This document shows, in pieces, positions 49,801 through 64,000 of a DNA stretch of 64,000 nt (position 1 is the stretch's first letter; each line of letters opens with the position of its first letter). Location: assembly GCA_016748015.1 (NCBI GenBank), contig JAAOMT010000441.1, positions 124,001 to 188,000 of the forward strand. The letters are read 5' to 3'. The translations under genes were made by a program, and so were the position numbers. Source of the DNA: Geosiphon pyriformis uo1. Taxonomy: Eukaryota > Fungi > Glomeromycota. The notes beneath the pieces were generated by a model. That model did not search any database and was not told the DNA's origin. It was given only the letters and a program-made list of their open reading frames with translations.

Positions 49801-52709
49801 AATAGACACTGAAAGTTTATTTTTGAAAAGAAACTTGATGGATAAGAGCTGACCAGGCACCTCAGAAACCTTGTAGATATGTTTTGCCAAAGAAGAATTT
49901 ATGATGATTAACACCCCAGCACCCAAAAAACCAGAATCCAAACCAGAAGTAAAAACCCGAACACCATCAAATTTGTCAGTCAACCATGGGCAAACTTTCC
50001 CTTTAAGTTTCGACTCCATAAAAATAGAAACCAAATTGTTCATATCCTTATGCCAACGAATGACATCATCTTGCTTCGCAGGATTGTTCAACCCATGAAC
50101 ATTACACATAGCAATTTTTCATATCAGACTGCTTATTAAGAAAGAGATAAAGGAAGAGCACCACCTGCCAAAGCCAAACCATCCAAGCATGCTAAAAGGA
50201 TCATGACTGAAGCAGAGAGACCTTCCAATATGTTTTCCAATTTTACAACCTCAAGTAAGACAGTTGAACCCAGAATGGCAGCAGTCTTGTTACTAGTGGC
50301 ATCACCCAAACTTACTCCCATCACTATATCCTTCCCTTGATTCTGTGATGGGGGGGTCACTGGCAGCTGACATCCAGGGCTAGGCTGGGAAACTGCTGGC
50401 ATGAATGATTCCAACTTCTTAGCCAACTCACCAATTTGTCCCATGAGGCTGACAAGACTGCTTTCAATGCAAACCAAACGTTTTTCCAAATCATCTGCAG
50501 CAGAAGGAAGAGGTTTACTAACATTGTCAGAACTAAGAAGCGAACCAACACCATGAGAATTGCACACCAGAGGAGCACCAACAACTGATGCCCAAGTCTT
50601 ACCACTGAAGACCAATGGATAAGAAATGGGTGCGGATTTCTAAGCATAGATAGTCACCAATCTGACCTGATCCTGAGCAGAAAGAGGTGTCTTTCTGCCC
50701 CTTAGAGTTGAACCAATCTTAACCAAAACACAATTGAAAGATGTATGACCAGAAAGACCGCAGACTGAGCACAGTGCCAAAGAGAGGCAGGACCAGTGAA
50801 GGCCAATCCCTTTTATAACTGGAGTTGCAGCCATCACACTAACCAGATCAGATTCAGACCTGAAGCAAACAATAGCACAGCGAGCACAGACATAGCTAAC
50901 AGGATTACGATCAATAACACATGTTTTCTCACCAACTGAATCAATGAAATCCCAAAGGTCATGAGCATTTGTCCTTACAGGAAGAGTGTATAGTAGCGCC
51001 TTGAATTTGTCTCTGGAATTCCATGTCTGTTTGTCAACATCAGCTCTGGCCACACATACTGCATCCTTTCCAATGAGGATAGACCATTTGGATGCCAAGA
51101 AATCAGCCTGATTCTGATTTTCTAATTTGACAATTGCTTTTTGCCACAGACCCACAAGTTGCATTTTAATCGACTTAATTAATCCAAACTTGAACACGGC
51201 AGCATGCACAGCCTCCATGGAAGTTTCCACAGGAATTTTTTTCATTACAATTGCCCGATCCATATGGTTGTTCAAAAGATGCTTGAGATTAGTGTTTATC
51301 ACAACACCATGATCATTTGCCAATTTCCCAGCAGCTATTATTGCCTTTTCCAAAGTGAAAGTTGCACGAATAATTCCACCAAATTTTGAGGAAGTAGAAG
51401 CCCCCCCAAAACCATTCACACTTGAAAAAATTTTCCTGATAAAACTCAATTTTTCCTGAAAGGACTTCCCAGTGATGGCCACAAGATCAATATCTAAAGT
51501 GAAGGATTTGTGAACAGGCACTTGAATGGTCAGTTAGAGAGAAATTGTCTAACACATCATCATCTATATTGACAGTACCATAATCAATTACACCTAAAGG
51601 CTTCCCTAATACTTTTTTGGTCTTTACATATAAACCTTTTGGCATCTAATTAGGATCTCCTTCCATGAAAGCACCACCCTCACCATAGTCAATACTGGTT
51701 TTTTCAACCAAGCACTCCTCTTCCATGTCAATATTCTCAGACTCAGTAATGTCACCTGTCTCAAAACTCTATGAACGAGCATCAGGAGCTTTAGCAGCAA
51801 TCTTTCTATTACCAATACCCTCTGCCAATACACCTCCCTTCCTCTTTTTTCTTGACACAACCACCTTAAAACCACTTTCAGAACCAGAAACTTTAATAGT
51901 CTTCTTCATAACAGCAATAACAGAGCCAACAGTGGCTTTATAATCAAAGAACAGTTTTAATTTATTGTACTGAATAATAAAAAAACTTCTTTCGAAAAAA
52001 CTTTTAACTCTTTTTTGGAAATTTTGGATGAAGAAGAGAAAGAAGTTTTTAAATTTATTTTTTTTCTTTTTAAATTGATAATAATGATAAATTAATTTTA
52101 TAATTATTAATTCAAAAAATATTTTATGTTTTTAAAATTAGTTATTTAAGAAAATTTTTAAATTTAATTAATAATTATTTTAAAAATAATTATTTTAAAA
52201 TAACTATATATTAATAATATTAATAATATTGAAAGTATTAAATATTATAAATAAATTAAAGCTTTTAAGTATTTTAATTAAAAATAATATTGATTTTAAA
52301 CAACTAAATATTTTTAATTAATACTTAATATTAGGTAGTTTTTATTATAAAAATTAATAAAATTAATAATTTTATTAATTTTAAAAATAAATTGTTAATT
52401 TTTTTAATTAATATTTTAGCAATAATAATTTAAACTTTAATAATACAATTAATTTAACAACTTAATTTGTTTATAAATTGTTTTATTATAATATTATTTG
52501 TTAATTTACTATTGAAAATAAGTTTAATATTTTAATAATTTGTTTTAATATTAATATATATTATAATAATTAGTTTGTTTTAATTAAAAATAGGTTTATT
52601 AAATTTAATAAAATTTAAATTGTTAATATTAAATAAAAAAATAATTCTAAAGATTTTATTTTTAATAATTATAATTAAAAAAATTATCTAAAAAATAATT
52701 ATAATAAAA

Positions 52710-55700
52710 AAAAAAACTTTTTTCTTTCCTTTATCTAAAATTTCCAAAAAAGAATCAAAAAGTTTTTTTTGAAAAAAGTTTTTTACAATTCAATATGATA
52801 AATCCAAACTGTTTTTGCTTGATTATGAGGCCACTGTTGGCTCTAGCATTGTCATTCTGAATAAGTCTATTATGGAGTCTGGTTCTAATGTTGGAGTTAA
52901 ACCTGTGGAGTTTAGGAAAAAGAAAAGAGGTGGTGCTTTAAAAGACAGTATTGGTAATAAAAAGATTACTGCTATGATGCCAAGTGGTCATTTCTGGAGA
53001 TCTAAGACTGGTAATACCACCAAGTCAGATAGTGTGAACATGGAAGAGAAATTTTTGGTTAAGAAGACTAGCTTTAATTATGGAGAAAGTAGTGCTTTTA
53101 CTAGTGAAAACTCGGAACAAACTCCTAAGAGTTTGAAAATTTAGACCAAAAGAGCACTGAGCAAACCACTAGGGAAAATTGACTTCTTAAGTGATGATGG
53201 TAATGACATTTTCTTGGACAAACTTGTGGTTTTCTCTCCTCTTTTAAAGAACTTGGTCAATGTTTCTGTTAGAAAATCTTTTACTCTAGACATCAGTTTG
53301 GACAATGTTGTTGGGAATTCTGCTCAGAAAAAGTTTGTGGTAGTCAGAAAGTTATTTTCAAAAATCAATAATTTTGGGGGGGCTTCTACTCTCTCAAAAT
53401 TTGCTGGAATTATCAGAGCATTATTTACTTCCGAATTAAGCTAGGCACAAGCTTCTAAAAAGACTGAGAATGCAAAGATCCTGGTAAATATTAATCTCAA
53501 GAAATCAACTAGTTGTTTAGATCAGGCTGTGGTGGTAAAAGAAATTCCTGTTGAAACATTATCTGAGACTGTACGTGCAGCATTTTTTGAGTTTGGATCT
53601 GTTGTGTCAATCAAGATGCAATTGGTGGGGCTATGGCAAAAAGCTGTGATGGAGTTTGCCCAATCAAATCAAGCTAATCTGGTCGCAATAAGATAGTCCA
53701 TCCTAATTGGGAAAGATGCAATAAGGGTTGCTAAGACTAATATAGATAGAAAATCATGAGATACAAGAGATTAGCATAAAGCATTGCTCTATACATTGCT
53801 GATGGGCACCAATGCTCATAACATCTGGGATTTCATTGGTTTTATAAGTGGAAAAACATGTGTCATTGACTGTCATCTAGTCATTTATGCTCGGACCAAG
53901 TGTGCGACTATCTGCTTTAAATCTGCTGATTTGTTGGCTGTTGTGCTGATGTCTATTCCAGTTTTGAGGAGTACCAATTTGCACTGGTCTTGTTTGGTTC
54001 CTGCTAAGTGTGTCAAATATAGGAGCTTGGGTCATATGTCTTTGGGCTGTAATGTTGGTAGGAAATTTTCATCTAGTGCTTCTAAGCTAAGAGCTTTCTC
54101 AAAGACAGATAAAAGTAGACTGGCCATTATATATGCCAAACGTTTGGCTCCTATTACCAGACCAGTGGCTTTTGGTGGTGTTTTGTGGGCAAGTGTTATT
54201 AGTAGGTTTTCTTTTCCCTCTTTTTCTGTTTGTAATAGTTCAGTCAAATTTGGTTCATCTTTAAAGATAAAACCTACCATGCCTGCTGTGATTAATTTGG
54301 AATCACAATTGGTTAGTATTGAAAACAGTATTATTAGCCTTGCAGAGCAAATTAGTGAGCTGACTATGAGATTGGAGTTACTCATGCTGGTAGTTTTTTA
54401 GCTTAGCCTTGGATGTCAACTGTCACTAACCCCCTCATTACAGAATTAGGTAAGCAATATAATAATGGAAGAGGATTCAGGTGAAGCCACTAGTAGTAAT
54501 GCTGCTATGATTTTGAATCTGTCTACTTCTCCTAAAGTGGCTAAATTAGAGGAATTGTTGAAAGGACTTTCTGTTTTGGTTTTGAGTTTGTTAGCCTGCA
54601 TAGATGACATGGTTTTGGCTGGTGGTGTGCTTCCTTTCATCCCACCTCAATGATTGATTTGGTATGAAAAATTGCCATGTGCAATGTTAGGAGTATAAAC
54701 AATTCAACAAAACAAGAAAATATTGTTCATTGGTATTTAGAGTCTAATAACATGGTCTTCATTCTTACCGAAACTAAGTTGAAAGTAAATGTTGAGCCTT
54801 GGATTAAGAACAAGTTTGAAGGTATTAAAATTTTTACTTCTGGCCTAAATACAGGCTTTCTAGATGCAGGAGTGGCTATTGTAATAAATAGTTCACTGGC
54901 TTAACATGTTTCAAAGATTGAGGAAATTTCTGGTTAGGTTATTTCTGTTTATTTGTTGTTTAAAAACAAGCTCTTAGTGACTTTTCTAGGTTTGTATGCT
55001 GGTGCTTTAGCCAAAACTCAGTTTTCTCAGGCTTTTGGCATCAATTTTCTTATTTCTAGGGCAGTGAACACAAGCTCTTTTGTGGTTCTTAGTGGTAATT
55101 TCAATGAAAATAAGATTAAAAAGTATGCAAGTTTCAAAAAGTGTTTGGAGGTGGGTTTAACCAACTTATTGAATGGCTTTTCTTCGAGTAAATTTAGCAC
55201 TTGGAGCAATTTGTGTGAAATTTTGAAAGTTATTGATTATGTTTTTGTGAGTAATATTTTGGCTTCTGCTATTGTTAGATGTGAAGTTGCCTCTATATTC
55301 AAATTTTTTGATACTGACCATAATATGGTTGAGATTTCAGTTGGGTTGGGAGGTTTGGTTAATGCACATCTAAACAATATTCACAAACAGGCTAATAAAG
55401 ACCAGTGGAAATTTAAGATTAAAAATGCGGATGTGACCAAGTAAGTGTGTTTCAAAGAATTTTTTTCAGCTAGTCTGGCTATGTCTTTGAATTCTTTTTT
55501 GGTTGCAAAAGAAAAAAAAGATTTGAATAGAATGTGGGAGGTATTGAAAAGTGCAATGTGTGATTCAGCTAATAAGATATTTTTCAAACACTGGTTCAGT
55601 AAATTTGATTGCCCAAAAAACAAGCAGTCTTTAGGATTTTTCAAATTAGAATCTTTAATTGCTAAGGTTATGAAATGTTTGTCTACAGGACTAATATTGG

Positions 55701-58386
55701 AATTTGATCATCTTGTATGGGTTTGGTCAACTCTTGATAATATTGAGGCCTCTAAGTTTCTTGTCTTGTGTCATGACAAGCCTAGATCGACTGTGCTTGA
55801 GCATCTGTCCAGGGCTAAGAAAGATTATTGTAAGTCCAAATACTATAAGGCCAAGTTGGCCAAAAATGAATGCATCAGAGATGCAATCAATAAGTGAATA
55901 AAAAATTTTGTTTTGGATAAAGACAATATAATCAGAAATGTCTTGGAGCAGCTGTTTTGCAAAGTTGTTCTAGATTATTTGGTAATTGGAGATGAGCTAG
56001 TTATAGAGCCTGGTGAGGTGAGATTCAAAGTAGATGAAATTATGGTGAATTAGACTCATAAGTGGAGAGTGTCTCCAGTTTTATCTGCTCTTTGGGCCTG
56101 CCAATATAGTCCTCTGGAGTATGTTAATGATGCTGCTTTTTCAGAAGTAATGTGTAATATTAGTCTGGATGAGTTGTTTTTGGTGTTCAGTGGTTTATTT
56201 GATAGAAAGGCTGCTGGTTTTTCTGGTATATCTAATGAATTGTGGAAGCACTGTAGTAATGAGGTGATAACATGTCTTTTGGATCTGTTGAATTCTTGTT
56301 TGATGATGGGTGATGTTCTCATTCCTTGGAAGAGGGCTTGGGTCTCTATGATTCCTAAACCTTATGACTGAAATGAAGTTCTAACTAACACAAAGCCAAT
56401 TGCACTTATAAAAACTACAAGAAAGATTTTGTCTAAGGTTTTGTCAAATCATATTTTGTTTGTATACAGCAAGTTTGGTATTCTGCATGGTGACAATTTC
56501 TCAGTCTTGAGAGGCACTTTGACTCAGTCTTCAGTTTTTGCAGTAGACTCAGTTATTAAAGATGCTTTAGAAAAAAGTCATAAAATTTGGCTGGTTTTAC
56601 AAGATATACACAAGCATATGACTCTGTCAGTTGGCATCATTTGAAATTAAGCTTGAAGCACATAAAAATATGTAGCAAATTCATAAAATTTTTTGGTAAT
56701 ATCCATGAAAACAGATACAACAGGATAATAACTAACTTTAGTTTCTTAAATGGCTATGTGGTTTATGATGATTTGAATCAGGGAAAAGTCTTCTCTCCAC
56801 TTCTTTGGAAAAAATTTTATAACCCTTTGTTGTGTGAGATTAAGAGGCAAGAACATTTGTGTAGTTATAAGATTAATTCAAATTTTGTGGCAAAAACTGG
56901 CAGAATAAAAGCTAGTGGTAGTAAATCTTTTTTCTTTGTGACTGGTGCTTTTGTGGATGATACAATTTGAATTGGGAATGGTCAAGCTTCAACACAATAC
57001 ATTTTAAATATTGCAAGTAAGTTCTTTGAGATTAATGATATTTCTATTAACAATGACAAGACTGTGACTATTCCTATTAACCAGAGAGTAGTGAATGTCT
57101 CTTTGAGCATTAGTGATAGACTCATATCTGTAACAAGTAAAAATGAGTCTCACAGATACTTAGACATATTTTTGTCTATGGAGGGTTTGTTTAAACCTAG
57201 TCTTGCCAAAACCCATGTGGATGTCAGATTTTTTTCAAATATGGTTCTCAAAAAAGCGATATCTAACAAGCAGTTCTTATATTTGGTCTTGGCAGTTTTT
57301 CAGCTTATAGTCAGTTATTATACACAGTTCAGTTTTATTGCTAAGAGTATGTGTTAAAAGTAGGACATTTTGATTAGAAAGGGACTTAGGGCTAAGACTA
57401 TGTTACCAAGAGATTTTTCTAATGAGGCTTTACACTACCCATCTTTATATGATCTAAAATCATTTGAACAGATACAAGCTGAAGCCAAAGTTGCTTTGGT
57501 GATTAGTTTCTCTAATGTGTCTGAAATACTAAGTTGTTTGTTTGAACATCATGCTTTGGATTTACAGGTTTTGGAGTGGGTGCTTTTTTATTCTTTGAGT
57601 TATCTTATTAAGTTAAGAGTTTGTCTATTGGATAACTTCTTGGCTGGCATTATGAGAATCTTAGTTGATATTAATGTTTCTTTGTCCAACAATATACCCA
57701 ATGCTTTTCATTGCCCTGGCTGTGTTCTGATGTTTGAGATTCTAGAATCCACCTCCTATTTTGATGTGGTACATTCTTTAAAACATTTCAGTATTGCCTT
57801 TAGTAATGTTTTGCTTGACAAGCATGATTGTGTAATAGATTAGAAGACTTTTTAGCATTGGAAAAGATTGAGTCCTAAGAGTTCAGTGTTGACTTAGTTC
57901 ACTAGGGCTTTTGTGCATATGTCCGATTATTTGTTGGGGCCTGGTGGAGGTGTGGCTGTTGTAGATCATTCTAATATTCTTTGTTTGACTGATTTTTTGA
58001 GTGTTTGCAAACATTTGCATAAGGTTTGAGCTGGAAAGCTGAACATATTTACTGATAGTTTGTTAAGTAGTCTAAATACAAGAGATGTGGCTTGTGGAAC
58101 TGCAGCTTTTTTTTCTGAGATTGGCATAGGCATGGGCATGAGTGTTCAAAGCCTGCTTTTCTCTACTTTGGCAGAGCTATAGGTGATTGTTTTGGCTTTA
58201 AAGTGTGTTTCCTCATTATGCTCAGTTGTTTTTCACTCTGATAGTTAGGCAGTTTTGACTGTTTGTGCATCAGAATGTGAGTTGGATCAGTCTGACTTTT
58301 AGAATTGATGTTGAATGAAAAAACATCATATTGCTGATTTGATTAGATTAAAAGATATTTCTGTTAGGTGGGTAAAAGTAAAAGGG
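52710..58386 (+). mobile_element. LINE D, 5'-complete, interrupted in the RNase H domain by Gypsy 2
   Basis: 5' leader ~52710; ORF1 ~52815-54653; ORF2 from 54650 (ATGA overlap) with APE, RT (AFVDDT) and RNase H up to WVKVKG, where the LTR starts. More decayed than LINE A. Confidence 0.92.
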
Positions 58387-61300
58387 TGTTACAGTTTAAG
58401 AATTTAGAAAAAAGAATCATAAAAATAATACAAACTATTCAATCATAATATAGCACAGTAATAATCTTAGAAAGGTAATTATTAACATAGTAGCAAACAC
58501 CATCTCGCGATAGTGGCAAGCACCAGTTCACAATAGCAGCCAACACCAACTGGTGATAGCAGCAAACACCAGGTTGAAATATCAAAAAGAAAGTATTTTC
58601 TTGTAGAACTACAAACATGTATATATACAGTAGTTTTAATATTGGGAAATAATCAATGAAGTAATAAAAATCATAACTTATCAAGCAATAGATCCAATTT
58701 TATCCAACAAACTCTACTTTAAATCATACTTTCAAATTAAATATCCCAAGAAACCTTTAAAATCAAAAAGAAATGAAAAAGAATATTTAAAACTGAACTA
58801 TTACAACCCAAAGTATTAAGAAACTTACTTGTATTATTTATTGAATGAAACTATCATTCATCAACTGAATCCCTTGGAAGAATAATCCTTGATCAAGATT
58901 ATTCACATTGTTACTAATTGATAAAAGCTTTATTGTGAGAATTAGAAAAGCGCTAAAGACCATTAACATTCTGTGTTTCTAGATTAGAGAAACACATCAG
59001 GCAATTGCAAGAATAGCCTCAGAGAAGACCCCAAACAGTGGGTAGATTTCAGTTCAGCCTCTGAGAAGGAGTACATAAACACACACAACAATCAAGAATT
59101 AAAGAATAACTTACATNNNNNNNNNNNNNNNNNNNNNNNNNNNNNNNNNNNNNNNNNNNNNNNNNNNNNNNNNNNNNNNNNNNNNNNNNNNNNNNNNNNN
59201 NNNNNNNNNNNNNNNNNNNNNNNNNNNNNNNNNNNNNNNNNNNNNNNNNNNNNNNNNNNNNNNNNNNNNNNNNNNNNNNNNNNNNNNNNNNNNNNNNNNN
59301 NNNNNNNNNNNNNNNNNNNNNNNNNNNNNNNNNNNNNNNNNNNNNNNNNNNNNNNNNNNNNNNNNNNNNNNNNNNNNNNNNNNNNNNNNNNNNNNNNNNN
59401 NNNNNNNNNNNNNNNNNNNNNNNNNNNNNNNNNNNNNNNNNNNNNNNNNNNNNNNNNNNNNNNNNNNNNNNNNNNNNNNNNNNNNNNNNNNCATTAGGAG
59501 CTGCATCATCATCAACATCAACTCCACAAACGCCAAGAACTCCTAGTTATATTGATAAAATTAAACAATGTAACTGGGGAGACATACCAATTACAGGAGG
59601 ATATTCATCACTATTCCAAAACCCTCTTTTTCAGCCAAAATTTAGAATGGGGTTTGAAAACCGTGAAGAGGAGTCTGAATCAGAATCCGAAAAAGAGACC
59701 AGCGAAAAAACAATCACAAGACCAGTCACTAGAACAAGCAGCCAGTCCAGAAACCAAGAAACTCATGATCAAGAGAAAGAACCAGATATAAGGGAAGCCA
59801 CCTTTAGGAATGCTCAAGGAAATATCATCCCACCTCCTCTTAGACCAATAAACCCACCAGCAGAAAACGGCAATGAAATGACCACACCATACATTGCAAG
59901 ACTAACAGATTTCTCAGGAGAGGAAGAAGAAACGGACGTGCACACATGGCTCAGAGAAGCACAAAAAGCCATCCAGGCAAATAACTGGAATGACTAAAGA
60001 GCAATTCAAACATTACCTTTTTTCCTGAAAGGCACAGCTGACTTGTGGTATCAAAGCCTAGAAACAAAACCCATGAGCTTTACCGAATTTAAAAATGCAC
60101 TTCTGGAGTATTTTAGCGACCCAAACGCCGTAATCCAACTACAGAACAAATTCAATACTATCAAGCAAAATACTAGTAAAACTGTCACCCAATATCTTAC
60201 TCGATTCAATCGAATTCGCCGTCAGATTGAAGCGATTGAACAAGGATACTACACTGATCCTCAGGTTTTAAATCAGTTTATTAGAGAATTAAAAAGCAGC
60301 ATTTTAGGAAGAGTATGCCCTGCCCATCCTAATTCCTTACCAGAAGCTATTACGCTCGCCAGAGCTCTTGAATCGGCTAAGAAAGAAGCTAACCATAGTC
60401 AAATGGTTAACATGGTAATGGAAGAAAATAAGACAGAAACATTAGAGAAAAGAGTAACGCGATTAGGGGAGGAACTCTCTAAGAAAATAGAAAGTTACCT
60501 CATCCCGGATCCAAAAAAAAATACATACCAACCACCCCAAAGATGCAGCCTGGAAGTCAGCGACAGTTAAAATAATCGCTCGTCGCGCCAGAAATTCAGA
60601 ACAGAAACACGTGCCTGCCATTTTTGCAAACGCGTAGAACATTTGATTAGTCAATATCGAACGCGAATAATGCAGGAAGCACGCGAAAATAATTACTACG
60701 CACCACCCCAAATGCCCAGAAACCAGTACACGCCAATACCACGCCAATATCCCACCACGTATCAAAATCAAGGAGCTTACCAGCAACAGCCCATAATAGC
60801 CAACCCAAATTGGCATCCCGAGGCCCGAAATCAGCCCATGTGGAACCAGAACGCGTTGGTCCAGAGGAATCCAAACTGTGCCGGAACCAATCAGCAAACC
60901 AATCCAAACTACCAAAATTATCAACAAACTTACCTTAATATACTGGAAAACCTGATCATCGGAAACAATGACGGTAGAAACATAAACAAAACCAAGAATT
61001 CCTCCAAATTGAGCCAGACAATACCACCAGCAGTTGCCACCGAAGATTGCAGCCTCGCAGCTATTTTTCCTTTTGAATTAGAGAAAAACGAGGCTATGTT
61101 CAGTGGAGCAGCATTGGACGAAAAACGCCCAATTACTGCTATGTATATGGANNNNNNNNNNNNNNNNNNNNNNNNNNNNNNNNNNNNNNNNNNNNNNNNN
61201 NNNNNNNNNNNNNNNNNNNNNNNNNNNNNNNNNNNNNNNNNNNNNNNNNNNNCCAATCAGCAAACCAATCCAAACTACCAAAATTATCAACAAACTTACC

Positions 61301-64000
61301 TTAATATACTGGAAAACCTGATCATCGGAAACAATGACGGTAGAAACATAAACAAAACCAAGAATTCCTCCAAATTGAGCCAGACAATACCACCAGCAGT
61401 TGCCACCGAAGATTGCAGCCTCGCAGCTATTTTTCCTTTTGAATTAGAGAAAAACGAGGCTATGTTCAGTGGAGCAGCATTGGACGAAAAACGCCCAATT
61501 ACTGCTATGTATATGGAAGCCACTGTAAACAATACCCCAATCAAACTTATCTTAGACAGCGGATCTGCTGGAAGCATCGTAATGCTTCAACTAGTAAACC
61601 AACTGGGTTTCAAAGTTGATCGTGCCGCGACGTCCCAAATCATAACAGCCGATGGAAGTACAAAGCTGCCTTATGGCGAAATCGACTCATTTCCTTTTGA
61701 AATTAATGGCATAGTAATACCTACAAAAGTATTAGTAATGGACGCTACACAATATCAAGCATTAGTAGAGAATGACTGGCTAACAAAAGCCAACGCCACT
61801 CTAGACTGGACCACCCAAGAGCTTCTGATCAATTATAATGGCCACCAGGCCAAAATTCTAGCAATCTGTGGCCACTTCCAAAAACCCAGCGCCAACCAAA
61901 GACCTACCTTTGAATTTGAAGAAAATCCAGCACTACCAGCCATCGAAACCTATCAGCTCTCTTGGGCTGATGACCAAAGAACAGGACTACCAGCCATACC
62001 AACGTGGACCAGCGAAGAAAGATCCGAATGGAACCAGGTAAGTTCACGAAGAAACCACCAGTGACGCAGACCAAAGCTAGAATACTCGGTTTGCAAGAAG
62101 AAACTCTTGTCTATGACTGCGTGCAGCACACCGGATGAAGACCCAAGAAACCCCACCCACTACTATTGTAACCGTTATAACAAAGAAAAATACAGTTACC
62201 CAGAAAGACACGGAAAATGGGACGAGGAACCGTGCCTCGCTTGTGGAGAACCATTACCAAGAGGGTGCGACTGGAACAACTTACCAGGCAGAGAAAAAAC
62301 GTGTGACGCAACTTGCCAATACACAATCCTCATCTGTGACTGGATAAGAGGAGGAACGCCATTCGAAGCAGCATTCAACAGAGCATTAAAAAGACTACAG
62401 CACTACCTACACGACGAGGACGAATTGTACAACACCGCACAAGCCAAAGTAAGAGGAGGAACTGCTGAAAAAATACGACATTGGAAAGAGTCAGCTGAAG
62501 TAGCTGACGAAGTCGCCAGCTACAACATGTTCGACCCAGTGGACAAATTCCAGGACTACTACCAACAACTATGCCCCACTCGACAAAAGCAAGAACAATA
62601 CCTTGCCCAAATCAACACTTACCTCTGCGAAAACTGTCTCATCCCGTGCCAAAGTCAGTGCTGTGAAGAGTGTCAAGACGAAAGAGACTTAGAAAGAAAA
62701 ATGGAAATTGAGAATCAGCAGTCTCAAAATCAATCAATAAATCAACAAGACTTACCTGACAGTCCTGAGTTAGAAAAATTTGTAGCCTATACTGACCTAG
62801 AACAGGTGACCGACATCCGATACTTCGACAACGGGCACTTAGGAATAATACTCAAAAGAGCCCATCCAACCGATGCCAGATTCGATCTACGTTATCCGGA
62901 AGACCAATCCACAACATTACCACCCAAGAGCATCACCAAAATTGACCTAAAAATAGCGGTTGAAATTCTGCCAGGAATAATGGTTCAAATGGCGTCGCGA
63001 TCAAGCCTCGCGAAAAAAGGAATAAGCGTTCAAGGAGGAGTAATTGACTCTGGATACACTGGAAATTTGATGGTTTTGCTACAGAACAATTCAGAAAAGC
63101 CTTATACCATTGAATCTAAGGAAAAGATTGCACAAGCAATTTTCCTACCATTGGTAAAAATTGGGAAATTCGTGCCAGTGGAAAATNNNNNNNNNNNNNN
63201 NNNNNNCCTACCATATGGAAAATCAGAAATAAGAATAAAAAGGACAATTAAAGAAAAAGACCTAATATTTGAGCCCTACTCAGAAACTTGCCAACAGTTT
63301 CTTATAGGACTTACTAACCTTTTTATTCCAGCTGATAAAGCTCAATGGATAAAAATTCCTATCGCAAACACCACAGAAGAACCCGTCTACATTCCGGAAG
63401 ATACCATCATTGGATACCTTGGAACGGAGCTAGAAAACGCGTCAACACCACAAGAAATTCTAAATTTCCCAGAAATTGCCCTCTACTGTGAACTCACTTC
63501 AATAAATTGGCAACAACCATTAGAATGCTATCAATTTATGCCAAAAGAATTGGCCAAATTAAACATTGGAACAATAGATCCTGACCAATAGCAACAATTA
63601 AAAGCATTAATTTTAAAATACTCTGATATATTTTCAAGAAAAGGCGAATTTGGAAGAACCAACTTGGTTCAACACCAAATTCCCACTGGAGACGCCAGAC
63701 CTGAAAAACAATGCGCTTACCGTGTCCCACCAATGGAGCATAATTTTATCAGAGAAGAAGTCCAAAGCATGTTGGAAAAAGGAATAATACAACCATCAAT
63801 GAGCCCATGGTCCTCACCAGTTGTTTTAGTAAGGAAAAAGAACGGAAAAATTAGATTTTGCATCGACTATCGCAAACTAAACAGCAAAACAACCAAAGAC
63901 TCATACCCAATACCGTTAATTGACGAAATCTTCGACGTTTTTGGAGGAGCAAAATGGTTTTCTACACTGGACTTGACCAGTGGGTACTGGCAAATGGAAA
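58387..64000 (+). mobile_element. Ty3/Gypsy retrotransposon 2 (same family as Gypsy 1), continues beyond the window
   Basis: 5' LTR from 58387 (TGTTACAG) to the gap at 59117. Gag (FSGEEEETD..TWLRE, LKGTADLWYQSL, knuckle CHFCKRVEHLISQY at 60616-60657), PR, Cys-rich domain, dUTPase 62842-63186 and the start of RT follow, in one apparent frame. Confidence 0.95.

Larger units (their letters stand above)
37240..52050 (-). mobile_element. Full-length LINE C, split by a nested Gypsy element (38792-46866)
   Basis: 5' leader near 52050; ORF1 51909-50136; ORF2 ~50135-46867 and 38791-37369. Removing the Gypsy and one ACGT copy restores the frame (FDLSVRFLGGVVSPS). 3' UTR at 37255-37365. Confidence 0.93.

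Noticed and set aside
60886-61516. Apparent ~265-bp tandem duplication in Gypsy 2 gag-PR (60886-61151 and 61253-61516)
   Set aside because: The copies look identical and flank a ~100-N gap, typical of an unmerged contig overlap in scaffolding.

Overview
AT-rich, intron-containing fungal DNA; the gene and element families point to Glomeromycotina, possibly Geosiphon (inference only). Three intact host genes are present: a membrane-anchored GH17 beta-1,3-glucanase, a Q-rich Myb/SANT (trihelix-like) factor and a DCAF7/WDR68-type WD40 protein. Most of the rest is decaying transposons. These are four 5'-complete RNase H-bearing LINEs plus three LINE-end fragments, two Ty3/Gypsy elements each nested in a LINE ORF2, two solo LTRs of a second family, and a TA-flanked pogo/Tigger DNA transposon with cargo. 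Highlights: (1) the Gypsy pol reads PR - ~200-aa multi-CxxC domain - dUTPase - possible degenerate dUTPase-like domain - RT - RH, with an unassigned integrase tail and a 4-bp TSD; (2) the pogo element carries a captured exon that reverts to a TilS-type PP-loop motif using only C>T/G>A back-mutations; (3) repeats show strong transition-biased, RIP-like decay in broad contexts while host genes are intact; (4) LINE 3' UTRs hold a conserved fold with a compensatory base pair, and their 5' ends carry a terminal inverted repeat; (5) an isolated CpG-rich 75-nt hairpin with a perfect 23-bp stem. Several N-gaps hide parts of the Gypsy elements.
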